A DNA stretch of 64,000 bases from Chlorokybus atmophyticus (taxonomy: Eukaryota > Plantae > Mesostigma and Chlorokybus algae): assembly GCA_009103225.1 (NCBI GenBank), contig RHPI01001052.1:124001-188000 (forward strand), written 5' to 3'. Positions 51,265-62,132 of the stretch are shown in pieces; position 1 is the first letter of the stretch; each line of letters starts with the position of its first letter. The notes beneath the pieces were generated by a model. It ran no database searches and had not been told where the DNA came from. It saw nothing but the letters and a program-made list of their open reading frames with translations. The position numbers and the translations under genes are program-made.

Positions 51265-52230
51265 CAACCAAACCATGCTGTTTGGGTCCACAGCGCGGCC
51301 GAGCAGCTGACATTGCTGACTGTTGGTCAGCGTGGACCCTGTGATACTGTTGGGAAAGAATCCGATGGCGCGTTCGCGCTCACGTGTGTTGGGTTCTTCC
51401 AGCCTGCCCCCGTAGTGGTGTCGAACACCATGCCATCGCCGCCATTGCGGAAGGCATAGGACCCTGAGTAGTGCACCAATGTGGGAAGTGCGTGGCGCAG
51501 TTGGCCAGGTTGGTTGCATTGGTAAAAGTGGCTATGGTCAAGACGTGTGACAGGTTGAGCTCTATAGTTGGGGTCGAGGATATTATCGGCCGAGAGGTTG
51601 CGTGGCCGTGTACTCTGCGTGTACTCTGTTGTCATCAGCTCTTCTATGGTGGCCAAGTTTGTCCACTTGGCGCGGACGCAAAGTGCACGGGAGCCATGGC
51701 GCGCTGCATTTACCTTAAGTGGGTGCCCGAGAATGGAGCACACCTGTCGGTAGGTGGAGGCTACATGGGGACGCTAGTCGTCCTCTGAGTGCACGTTTTC
51801 AATGACGTACCCTAGTGGCCTGGAGACCTGGTACTGTTGGAAGAGGTGGACAACTCTCATAAACTCCTCCTCCCAAAACAGACCTGAGCGAGGGTCGCTA
51901 AGGCCTTGGCCTTTTGCTGCCCTGGAGTGTCTTTGGCACTCCCATCCAGCTATCAACAAGACAATGTTGCCACATGACGGCAAGTGGTCCTCTTTAATTG
52001 GTTGGATGTCTTGTGGCAAGGCTTTTATGCTGCCTTGCAGTGCCGACGAGGGCAGTTGATGTGGATAGCACTCGTGCAGCTTACGCACATGGTGCTTAAG
52101 AGCAGTTTGAGCGCACGGAGCAGGGTTGCAATAATAACACTTGGTGACTTTGACGCCTGTATTGAAGACTGCAGCGAGATCACTGCCGATACCTCCAAAA
52201 CGGTCCAACACTGCGATGCCTTGCTGCCAT
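51265..52230 (-). pseudogene. C5 cytosine DNA methyltransferase domain within the retrotransposon pol
   Basis: Motif I VLDRFGGIG; IV LLIAGWECQRHS.A.KGQGL.DPRSGLF (catalytic Cys kept); VI YVIENV; VIII NAARHGSRA...KWTNL; IX ERERAIGF; X LLGRAVDPN. One stop and one frameshift. Confidence 0.88.
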
Positions 52231-55200
52231 CGAAAGGTATCAAACTCCAAGACTCCCGTGGCTACCATGTGCTGGTCTCGTACCGTGCCGTGTTCTTTGT
52301 AGTGGTGGAAGCGCGAAGTAATCAGCGGCTGGGTCAGCAAGAGGTGTGTGTCTAACTGTGCCCGCCAACGGCGTTCGGTCGGGTCTTGCAATGCCATCTC
52401 AACCATGGCATCCTTCTGCTCCTCGGTGTAAAGAATGGGAGCGGCGTTGTCTGTGCGACAAGGGGCTGCGGCGGGAACAACTCTTGTACGGGTGCTATTA
52501 TACGTGACTGATGCCGCCTCCCCGTGTGCGCACGTGATTGCGCGTGACTGTGGCAGCCACTGTGCATTGGGCATGCGTGCGTGACACCAACTCGAGAGGT
52601 AGGCCCTGTACCCCTCCGTCATCTTCGTCCCAATGTGGTGGGAACCACGCCCGCTCCGTCCAGCAATCAAGGCCCATTACCACGGGGAAGTTAAAGTCCT
52701 GCTCGAGCAGGATCGAAAAAGCCAGCATTGGCGACCACACATGATTGAACAATCTCTGTGGTGTGGGTCGGGTCCAGCCCTGTCAACCGGAAGCAGAAGG
52801 CCTCCTTGGTGACCCCCATCACCTTGTTACGACTCCCCGTTGCTGTGTTCAATACGCATCGTCAGATCCGAACTGGTGATGCCAAGGACCGCGCGAGGAA
52901 GCGCCCGATGATGACTAGCTGTGCTCCAGCATCACCCGCTTGGGTGCTTGACCGTTGATGGTCATATGCTTGCCTTAGTTGGCTACCGTGACAGCGTTCG
53001 CGTTAATGCGTAGCCTCTGAGGCGGGCTGTCGGCACCGGTGCCTTATATCCTTCAGCTGAAGGTGCTGAGCGCATCGCAGCTAAAGCTCCTTTGCTTGTT
53101 GGGTCTTGACAACCCCCTCGTTGTCCTCTCACGCTGTCGAATCGACCTTGTCGTGGTGGTTGGTAGACACGGGGAGGCCTTTGCGCCAAGGTTTTTAGTG
53201 CTGGCTGTGGTGGAGGTGATGGTGGGTGCCGTCTTTTAGAGGAGAGGATGGAATCATGCCTACCGGCGTCCCCAATGGTTGTGGAGGGAAGCCCGGCAGA
53301 CCCGTTGTTTGCGGGCCTGCCTCGCGTTCCGCTTGCTCTGCGGCGTAGGTCCATTGAACAGCATGAGCTGCCTCCATGACTAATGTCCCTTCCCACGTGG
53401 CTGTGGGCTCTGTGTCCACATTGGTCCAGAAGTAATATTATGGCATGAGCTGCAGGTATACTGCGCGCAGTAACTGCTACCGCGTGTCATGAGTGACGGT
53501 GGGGACTCGCTAGATCTCTGCCATGTAGGCATCCCACATGCCTTGTACCACGCCCACATCGAGCACAGTCATGGCGCGCACTCGTATGGTGCGTTGGAGG
53601 TTGGTTTGCTGCGCGTGTAGCTCGTGAGCGATGGCGATGCGCCGGCGTTGCCGAGCTGCTTCCACTTCCGGCAGTCGCAGAATTGCCGCCTACACTCTCT
53701 TCAGAGTGTCTGGCGCCGTGGTGGCAGCTTCATCGTATGCTTGCCGCAGCGAGCGGATGAATGCCCCCAACCATGATGCTCTGTTGCCAAAGGCGAACAT
53801 GGGGACAGCAAGTTGATTGGCGACGAGCCACGTCACGAGTCGTGCTTGAGGCGCTGCCTTCTCGCATCCCCATCATCTATCTCAACGCACTGCCCTCAGG
53901 CCAGTGCATGACGACTTGCCGTATGAGAGCGGCACGGAGTTGTTGCTCTCCGACCACACCAGCTACTCCTCGCTGTGTGGTGTCTCCTTGTGGGGTGAGG
54001 TACCCTCGCCCTGCATCACGCTGGTTGTCGGGCATTCCATCGACCAGAGGGGGCAATAGCGGGGCGATTACCCCCCTCTATTATTGCGCTAACGCCCTCG
54101 CTTGGTCAGCAACAGTTGCTTGCCTTGGCTGTGTGCATATGGTTTGTGTTAATAGCACCACGGCAAGTGCAGTGAAGGTGCCGGTGACATGTGACAGTTT
54201 CGCGAGTTGCACCGCAGCGGCGTGTGCTGCTTCGTACGCTTGTCGGCGTGCGTCAATCTGCGCGGCTTGATCTTGCCAATAGCAATGTGCCTGTTCAAGA
54301 GCAGATTACCGTTCCTGATGACTTCCCGGTGTAAGTCCGCAAAGTGCCGGGTCAGCGCCCAACGGCATGGTTGAGGTGGTAACCACAAGAACTTGCACTT
54401 GTTGATGTCGAAGTCTGAGCGGGTCCAGCCGTAAAGGCTCAAAGTTAATCTGTTGCGCTGGCATGGGCTGGCGTGATCGGTTGAGTGCGTGCTGCAGCCT
54501 GGCGTGCAGCGCAAAAAATAATTGAATTGCTAGCTCCAACACAGCGGGGCGCTGATATGCGACCCAGAAAAGACGATCTCTCATTTCAAGAGTAGTGCCA
54601 GCTAAAAATTCATCTTTAAACCGTTGTAGAGTGGCCTCCAATAGTGTATGATTTGCAGGCGGTGGCAGCGGCCGGAATCAATCATCTCGCGCTACGTGCG
54701 TTGTGCGCTGCCCCCCGGGCCCGTACGCAATGGTAGTGGGCTTGATGTTGCGTAGGACGGACAATCAAGTGCGCTCTACTTGCGGTCCGCGTGGTACTTG
54801 CTGAGTAACATCATGTTGCGGAGTAGGGACCGCACAAATCTCAGATGGTGCGACGGTGGCAGCAGGGGCTGACAGAGGTGCGGCAACATCACTTGCAGCA
54901 ACAGTTTTGGCACCTGCAGCAGTGGTGGTGACGGAGGTTGCCGCTGTGAGCGTTGCAGCAGTTGTGACTTGGGCAATGTTTGCAGCCGTAGCGGGTGGGC
55001 TGCCAACACCGCCAGTGGGTACGCCAGCCATGGCTGCAGCAGCCTCACTGCCGATCATCTCTGACGCCAACATGGTGCTAGGTGTATCCACTCTGGCGGC
55101 ACCTGCGGGTGTTGTCGTCGGCGTTGTCGCTGACGGGGTCGTCCCAGCAAGGGTTGTGGTCACCGAGCCAGCCACACATGTGGCTTTCCACGACGCTGCT

Positions 55201-55318
55201 GTTCACAATACGCTTGCTTCTCTGCGTGCACATCTCAATGGTTGAACACGCGATGCAGGGGGGGTGTTCCTTTCGCATTTTAATGCCATTAAGGCCCATC
55301 GGGCAGCGTAGCAGGCTT

Positions 55319-55877
55319 TGTAATGCCGGTTAATGTGGAATAGGCTAAAAAGGGCTTATCAAGCATTGATAAGCAATACACAACCTCTCATGGCAGCGAC
55401 TTTTGCTACTATGGCTTAATCGGCTAAGCCCCGCGTTACATTGGTAATCGGAGCTCTAAAGGTCGCGGGATCAAATCCCACCGGGCGCAAGATGCGCGCG
55501 GGTGGGTAGATTTTCGGCGACCGTCGGAAACGATCCAAGGCAGTTAGTGTGACTGGTTAACAATAAGCTGTGAGGTGAAGCGCGCTGACTGAGTCGGCGC
55601 GCAGTGTCGCTCCTGCGCGCGGCAACGTGGCAAGTCGCCGCGGAAAACTACGCGGCATGACCGGTAATGGCTGGTCATGACCGGACGCGAGCAAGTCCTG
55701 CCGGTCATGAAGGGCCAAGATGTGCAGGTAAAATCGCGGTTAAAGCCGGGTTGAATGTAATGCCGGTTAATGTGGAATAGGCTAAGAAGGGCTTATGAAG
55801 CATTGATAAGCAATACACAACCTCTCATGGCAGCGACTTTTGCTACCATGGCTTAATCGGCTAAGCCCCGCGTTATA
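55319..55877 (+). mobile_element. miniature LTR element (TRIM-like), 559 bp, 122-bp LTRs
   Basis: LTRs at 55319-55440 (TG...CA) and 55756-55877 (TG...TA) differ at 4 of 122 positions. 5-bp TSD GGCTT on both sides. PBS-like TGGTAATCGGAGC follows the 5' LTR. No ORF. Confidence 0.9.
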
Positions 55878-57237
55878 GGCTTGGTAGTTTTGCTCCTTGT
55901 TTTCCTCCAGTTGGGCTACTCGTGCCATGAGGGCCGCGACTTGGTCGACAGTTGGTGAACTGACTGATGCTTTGACAGCAGCAGCTCCTACGCGAGGGCG
56001 TCCCTCGGGTACCTTGCGCTGTGGAGGGCGGTTCTTCCCACTGTAGCCAATCTCTTCTCTTCGAGTGCCGGCAGCGTTGTTGCCGTTGTTGTGAGCATCA
56101 GCGCGTTGCTGTTGTTGTAGCCCCCGCTGTCGTTGTTGTTATTGTCGCTGTTGCTGCGATAGTCACCAGCGTTGTTGATGTTGTCATAGCCAGTAGAGGG
56201 CCGCAGCTCAAGGAATTCGAGCCAGCATATCCTCCAAGTGCCCCGCCTTGTGGCAGTAGTCGCACACAAGGTTGCCGTATTCTTCGGGGCACTCCCTTAG
56301 GTAGTGACCATGTCGACCACACCAATGGCACAGCATTGGAGCAACAAGGGCAGCATAAGCTAACCATTTGTCCTTGTTGCGCGTGACTGGAGTGTCCCAA
56401 CTGCAATCTCGTCTAAGGGCCTCAGCACTCGCGCTTGTCATGGGACGTGAGGCGCTTCGGTTGGTGTCCAACACTGCCTTTCTATACACCGCGCGCTTGT
56501 GAATGGCTTGTGCAGTCTCGAAGCTTTTTTGAGGGTGTAGTCGAGGGGCCTATTGTACTTTAATGTTGAATGCGTCGGCTCACTCAAGGTGGGGTCCAAC
56601 TCAGCCACGTACACCACTGCGGCTGCCTCCTGACTGATGACCTTGTAATCAATGTCCTTCAGTATTCCTTTCAGCCGGAAACACAGGCGGAGAGGGTCGT
56701 TGTTGGGCTTCCATCGAAAGCGTTTGAACTCCTCTAATTTGCTGGTGGTCTCGGGCGGGAAGGTACGCCGCAGTGCTGCATACAAGTCCTTGAGGAGAGT
56801 CCGACATGATAGCACCAATGGTGATGGCTGGTGCGCGCAATGCCACCGAGCCAAGCGTGAAAAGGCGGACTCCTGCCGGAGTATGCAAGCCCGGTGTTAG
56901 CGGTATTGGTGTCCTCCTTTCAAGGCTGCAACTTGTTGTTCAGCCTATTGAGTCTCAATAATGGCAGCGGTGCGGTCAAGCATTCTGGTCCGTTGGTTGG
57001 CCTTCTGAACCTCGACCTCTGCAAGTGTTAGCGAGTTCAAAAACCAGCTCAGCTTCTTCGTCCTCTGCTCGTTGCATGGCTAAGGCTAACGCTTGCCCAG
57101 TGACTGGGGGTTGGAGGGACCATTGTTGCTGAGGCAGTAGCCGCTGGGCTATACGTCGGTGCAGGTGCTATGGTGTTGGCAAGCTCGCCATAACCATCGA
57201 TTCTATGCAGCTCAGCAATGGACTTCCACACATCGTG

Positions 57238-57757
57238 TGTAACGAGAAGGTACATAAAATTACCACAAATCGACCATAAAAGCACCAAGCCTTTTATGGT
57301 CGAGTGGGCTGTGACATTAATCGTTAGAGCTTGAGACTCGGGTTCGATTTCTGCCTTGCACACGAATTCCACGATCGTTGTTTCTCGATCTAGTAATATC
57401 GTAGATGGTTACTTCATAAGTGCCATTATCGATCGGTCGCGACTTGTCTAATGGGTGTCGCGCTGGCATTCAGCTAGCGCGGCAGGACGCGACCTACCTG
57501 TCGCGATGCGACCGGTGGGGCCGGCAGCAGCGCACTATGCGCGCGTTGATCGGTATGGGCCTAAATGGCCGGTTCTTGGATGTGGGCCGATCACCGACCC
57601 TAACAAACCCCTTGGGTGATTCCCCAACTTAGCGTGGGCAACTGCCGAGGACGTCAGCGTGCTTAAACTGGGGGGGAATGCAATGGGAAGGTACATTTGA
57701 TTACCACAAATCGTCCATTAAAGCACCAAGCCGTTTATGGTCGAGTGGGCTGTAACA
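57238..57757 (+). mobile_element. miniature LTR element (TRIM-like), 520 bp, 79-bp LTRs, inserted in gag
   Basis: LTRs at 57238-57316 and 57679-57757 (TG...CA, ~10 mismatches). 5-bp TSD TCGTG. Polypurine tract GGGGGGGAA before the 3' LTR. Excision restores gag QYLDHEAHDVWKSIAELHR. Confidence 0.9.
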
Positions 57758-58699
57758 TCGTGTGCCTCATGATCAAGGTACTGCGCCATGATACGGAATG
57801 ACACCTCATCTGACCAGTCCTTGTTCTTGAGGGCTTGCTGCCGCATCTTGTAGTGGAACTTGATGATGAACTCATCATTTGGTGTGGTGCCTGTGCGTCC
57901 GGAGAAGCGCAGAGAGTTGGTTGCTGGTGGGCTCCACTTCTTCGTCATCGTTGTTTGAAGGAGGTGAAGCAGCTTGATGGCAAGGAGTGAAGTGGGAGGA
58001 GGTGAAGCCGGAGACGAGAGACGGGGCGTGAGCCTCTGCTGCTACGGTAACTGCCTCCTTCACTTGCTCGTTTGTAGGTGAGGTTGAAGGTCGGGCTCCA
58101 GCTGCTAAGGTCCCCCTAATGGCAAGGACTGAAGTGGGAGGAGGTGAAGCCGACGACGGGGTGCGAGCCTTTGCTGCTACAATAACTACCTTCTGCACTT
58201 GCTCGTTCGTAGGTGAGGTTGGAGGTCGGCTCCACCTGCTAAGGTCCCCCTCGTCTATTGACAAGAACAGGCTGGGCCTGCTTATACAGCTGATGCAAAG
58301 GTAAAAGTAAATGAAGGGTAGAGTGTTTGTGCTCTACATGGTTATCTCAATGCCGCTACCTCTCACCGCACTAGTGCTCGTGCACACTATGTGATGACAG
58401 TGATAATGATGCACGAGGATGTATCATACTGCCAGCTGGGCTGCACTTCATGTGTGCAGGCTGCAATGCAGGTGTGCAGGATGCAACCACACTCACTTTA
58501 GCAAAGAGGGTGACACTGTGTAAACAAGGCACTACTATAGGTAGTGCTGTTTACACACTTCATTGCGTGAGTGGAAAATGTGTTACACTGTTAGGTGAGG
58601 TGAGTGGGCAAGCAAAACGTGGATGCTATGCCCGCACTGACGCCAACAAGCACACCGCGACCTAGCGCACCAAGCTCACAGCAGCGACAAGCACGGTGC

Positions 58700-59440
58700 A
58701 CACGAGCATGCACAGACTCTCACATGGTGAGGGGATTTTTGGTAACCAGGACGGCGTGTTCGTAGTTCAAGTCGCTTTACAAGCTCCTAGCTTTCTTGCT
58801 CACATTGTCACTAACTGATTCGGTGAACACCTCGACTTCTTATACAAGTCGAAGTATGATTGTGCAGAACACAAGCTAACAGTCATATCGGGGCCATTCC
58901 CACTAGAAAATCTCCCTCGACATAGAACATAACACGTAACTGAATTCACAGCTGAGACAGCTACGTGCGGTGCCTATGTGGGCTATGGCAATGAGCTAGT
59001 CCAAGGTCATGATCTAGCTACTGGTCAATGATGCGCATGGGTTTGTATGCTGATAGTTTGGGCGAGGGTCTTGATGTAAGCATGCCCAATGCAGGCTGGC
59101 ACACGAGGACAATGGGCATAACAAAGGTCCATATATAGGGCGCTGCTTACGGGAGGCCTTGCTAGCATGGCAGTAATTCTGCGAGTCTACTATGGTCCTA
59201 TCCTGTTGGGTGGAGTTAGAGTGCAAGCTACCATGGGCGACTAACCCACCCCCGAATGGGCATTTACACACCACAAAGATGTGCATGAGTTTGCGATCTT
59301 CATTGCGGCTACCATTGTCAACCTAGTGCATCGTGGAGCCGCACAAGAGTGTGTCACACCCCCCCTCATGGTGAGCCCACTCAGCGTGGTCGATAATGGT
59401 CGCAAACTGCGCCTCATCATGGACTTGTGACATGGTGGAG
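58700..59440 (-). pseudogene. degenerate ORF, possibly a transposase N-terminus (MULE/FAR1-like suspected)
   Basis: MSQVHDEAQF...DTLLCGSTMH*...VVCKCPFGGG...SKASRKQRPIYGPLLCPLSSC...W.CLHQDP..NYQH with later stops. It lies directly downstream of repeat module A. The family assignment is weak. Confidence 0.3.
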
Positions 59441-59477
59441 GTCCTCCTTCGTCCACACCTCCTCGCCAGTAAACCAC

Positions 59478-59670
59478 ACTCGCCACCCGCGCCAAGGATG
59501 GCGCCGCCGTGCTAGGGTTTAAGCGGTTGGATGCGAAACTTTTAACTCACACAAGTCATGCCTAGTGAGTGCTTATGCCCACAGTCCAAAAGGCATACAG
59601 GGCACAAGCGTCTCATGACTCATTAACAAGTTCTTGAGTTCATGGGCGCGCATACACTTGCATTCCATGC
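59478..59670 (-). repeat. repeat module A (inverted relative to B and C)
   Basis: The reverse complement matches 61770-61980: ATGCGCGCCCATGAACTCAAGAACTT...ATGAG.C.TGAGAC.CTTGTGCCC...AAACCCTAGC.CGGCGGCGCCATCCTTGGCG.GGGTGGCGAG. Confidence 0.8.
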
Positions 59671-60135
59671 GCTTTATGCACTCGTATACCCACAATTGGT
59701 ATCTTTGTCAACCAGGCATGGTTCAAGTTGCATATCAAAGGCGACGTAATGTCTTGTGCATAACCATCTATGCGCGAACGTGGTTAACAACAAATAAAAT
59801 GTCTCTTGCTTAAACACGTTATGCGGTTGGTGGTTGAGTAAATTTTTGGAAGAACCGGGTAGTACAGCAAACACGTATGTTGCGCACTGCCATATGTATT
59901 TTTACTTGCACCACGGCATACGCATAACTTGTTTCCGCAACACATATATCCTCATTATTTCTTTACAGAGTATATGCAATACACATGCACCTTGCTTACT
60001 ACTTATTGTATTGATCTTATCACTATTAAGCGTGACATTACAAAGCCCACGCACTACCCATGGATCCGAATGGCACCTCATTTGCGGAATAAAAACCGAA
60101 TTATTGATTGTGGTGGCCATATGTGCTTTAAAATA

Positions 60136-61210
60136 CTAATGCGTTGACCCGTGGCACAACCACGGGTACTATGACATACATCTTGCTAGATATGATGTGT
60201 GCATTTGTGGTTGATTGCATGCATGCGCAACACAACTGTGCATCATCAGGTTACATTCAATCTGATACTTATATCTATTATTCAATACATGTTAAGATAA
60301 TTATAATACTAATTAGAAGCGATGATTTATGTATGTGTTTTTCAACCAATGTTTACACATCATGGTGCATGAACAATGATAAATGATGTTTGCATGTATA
60401 TCTTGTGGCACGATGGCATTGCGAAAAATTACATCATAGTAGCATTAACAATATACGTATCCAATTCAAGCGTTGCTTGACAGAACCTTTGTGTATGCAA
60501 TGTTTTTTGTGTACACCACCTGGCCTCTTTTATTCTATACATTCTTTGTAAATAGTATGCACACTCTCGCTCTGCTAACCACGCGCAACAACGCCACATA
60601 CGGCTGCCCGTGTGTAAATACATGCTCAGGCAGGTAGACTCTCACTTTGCGTAAGGTATAGCGTTGCAACTTGTTGAGAATCATGGTGAAAGCTGCGTGT
60701 CACATTTTTTGGGAATTGTCTATGCCTTGCCGTAAGCAGCACACCCTTCACATTAAGGGCGATGATAGTCAGGCAAAGAATGAACACTCCTTTGCCTGCA
60801 GTCGATCTCGTAACAACCTTACCATACATCACATGCAGCATGAGGCCTTTACGATGAGACGTGTCTCGCCAGCCCATCAATCTATAAAATATTTGCAGCA
60901 ACATGATTAGACTGCCAATCTATAGATGCAGTTCATGTGAAGGTAAGTCAGACGCCATGATGCTATCAAAATTCATAATGAGATGATGGTTCACTTGCTC
61001 ATCTTGTAGCATAGAGTCAGCACTGCGATATACTATCTCCTAATCTGCATATTATAGCAAGTTAGTAACCAGCTACAGATACATTTGGGATATTCATATA
61101 CAATGTCAATGCATTTGTCACCATGTGGGCCACCGACTTATACCATCTCTTAAATGCGCCATCATAAGCATATTGATCTCGTTAACAGTTACATGTTTGT
61201 GCGTGGGGAT
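60136..61210 (-). mobile_element. Helitron 3' remnant (PIF1-like helicase C-terminus plus terminal hairpin)
   Basis: Degenerate SADS...SDLPSHELHL*IGSLIMLL; VVTRSTAGKGVFI...RQFP; AFTMILNKLQ..TLRKVRVYLPEHVFTHGQPYVALLRV; YTKNIAYTKVL. Hairpin ACCCGTGG-cacaa-CCACGGGT (60147-60167) is followed ~8 nt later by TTAG|T (CTAG with C->T). Confidence 0.85.
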
Positions 61211-61274
61211 TGCTTATTGATGGCGTACTTAGCTAGAACTTTCGTGGGTTGGTTATGTAATTTATTATACATGT

Positions 61275-61530
61275 CTATATGAGTTCATGAAGCGCATGGA
61301 GTGCGCGCCCATGCACTCGTTTAAACATGTATAGTGAATCAAAAACTCTTAATGAGTTATTAACTAATGAGGTAATGAGTTATGAGACTCTTGTGGGCCT
61401 GTTGTGCCCCAAGCACTTGGGGGGCACAAGCACCTACCAGGCATGCATTGTGAATTATAAGCTCCTTATCTAGTCGCTTAAAACCCTAGCATAGCGACGC
61501 CATTTATGAAGTGGGTGGCGAGTGTGTTGA
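61275..61530 (+). repeat. repeat module B
   Basis: GAGTTCATGAAGCGCATGGAGTGCGCGCCCATG...TAATGAGTTATGAGACTCTTGTG...AAGCTCCTTATCTAG.CGCTT.AAACCCTAGC, shared with module C. Confidence 0.8.
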
Positions 61531-61769
61531 CTTTGTGGGTGTACAAGCTCTCAAGCCTTAACCATTGCACCGCCAGCCGCAGCGCCATCGACAAGTCGAA
61601 GACCAAAGAAGCGCGTGACTTTTGCACCAAATATGAAGAAGTAGTACCCATAGTCGTCGCCTAGCACCCTTGTGTGCGGACTTGTCTATAGATCAGGCTG
61701 TATCTATACACTTGCACATGTGTGCACACGTGTCATAATGCACTTGAGTGCTAGGCATAGCCACCATGA

Positions 61770-61980
61770 TATGAGTTCATGAAGCGCATGAAATGCGCGC
61801 CCATGAACTCAAGAACTTAAGAACTCGTTAATGAGTTATGAGACTCTTGTGCCCTTAGTGCCTTGGGCACTTGGGCACAAGGACTCACCAGATGTGAGTT
61901 GTGAGTCACAAGCTCCTTATCTAGGCGCTTGAAACCCTAGCGCGGCGGCGCCATCCTTGGCGAGGGTGGCGAGGGTGGTT
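61770..61980 (+). repeat. repeat module C
   Basis: Same motif order as B and the inverse of A; ends in AAACCCTAG plus a GC-rich leader before an ORF. Confidence 0.8.
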
Positions 61981-62132
61981 TGGAGGAAGGATAGGCGGTC
62001 GACCTCCATGACCACCACACGGGTAAAAAGTGCTCGTGGCAATGGATCAGGACGTGGAAGCCATGGCCAAGGCGACTAGGCTTGCCGCCAATAGGTTGGC
62101 GCGGGCTACCAGTCCGCGTCGCCACACCTTGA

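Larger units (their letters stand above)
48000..58264 (-). mobile_element. degenerate Ty3/gypsy LTR retrotransposon: gag - extra region - protease - C5-DNMT - RT - RNaseH - integrase
   Basis: gag with two CCHC knuckles (CHWCGRHGHYLREC; CDYCHKAGH) at ~56.2-56.4 kb; protease (KRVML.GAQLVIIG) at ~52.9 kb; RT (RMCGDYRPLN, LDMRQGYNQI, MPFGLKNAP, CYIDD) at 50.4-51.0 kb; RNaseH (FILHTDWS, VSYASRS); integrase (GHFGVK...WW.GL, IEHFSKWVE, HPQADGLAERTVQTIK). Many stops and frameshifts, and an internal RT deletion. Its own LTRs were not found, and gag and pol could derive from different copies. Confidence 0.9.

Noticed and set aside
51265-52230. Host DNMT gene (MET1/CMT/DRM)
   Set aside because: Intronless, disrupted, lacks BAH/chromo/UBA domains, and is embedded in pol between PR and RT.
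55441-57362. Functional tRNA genes at 55461 and 57335
   Set aside because: Only T-arm and 3' acceptor-like parts are present; no 5' acceptor strand or anticodon arm.
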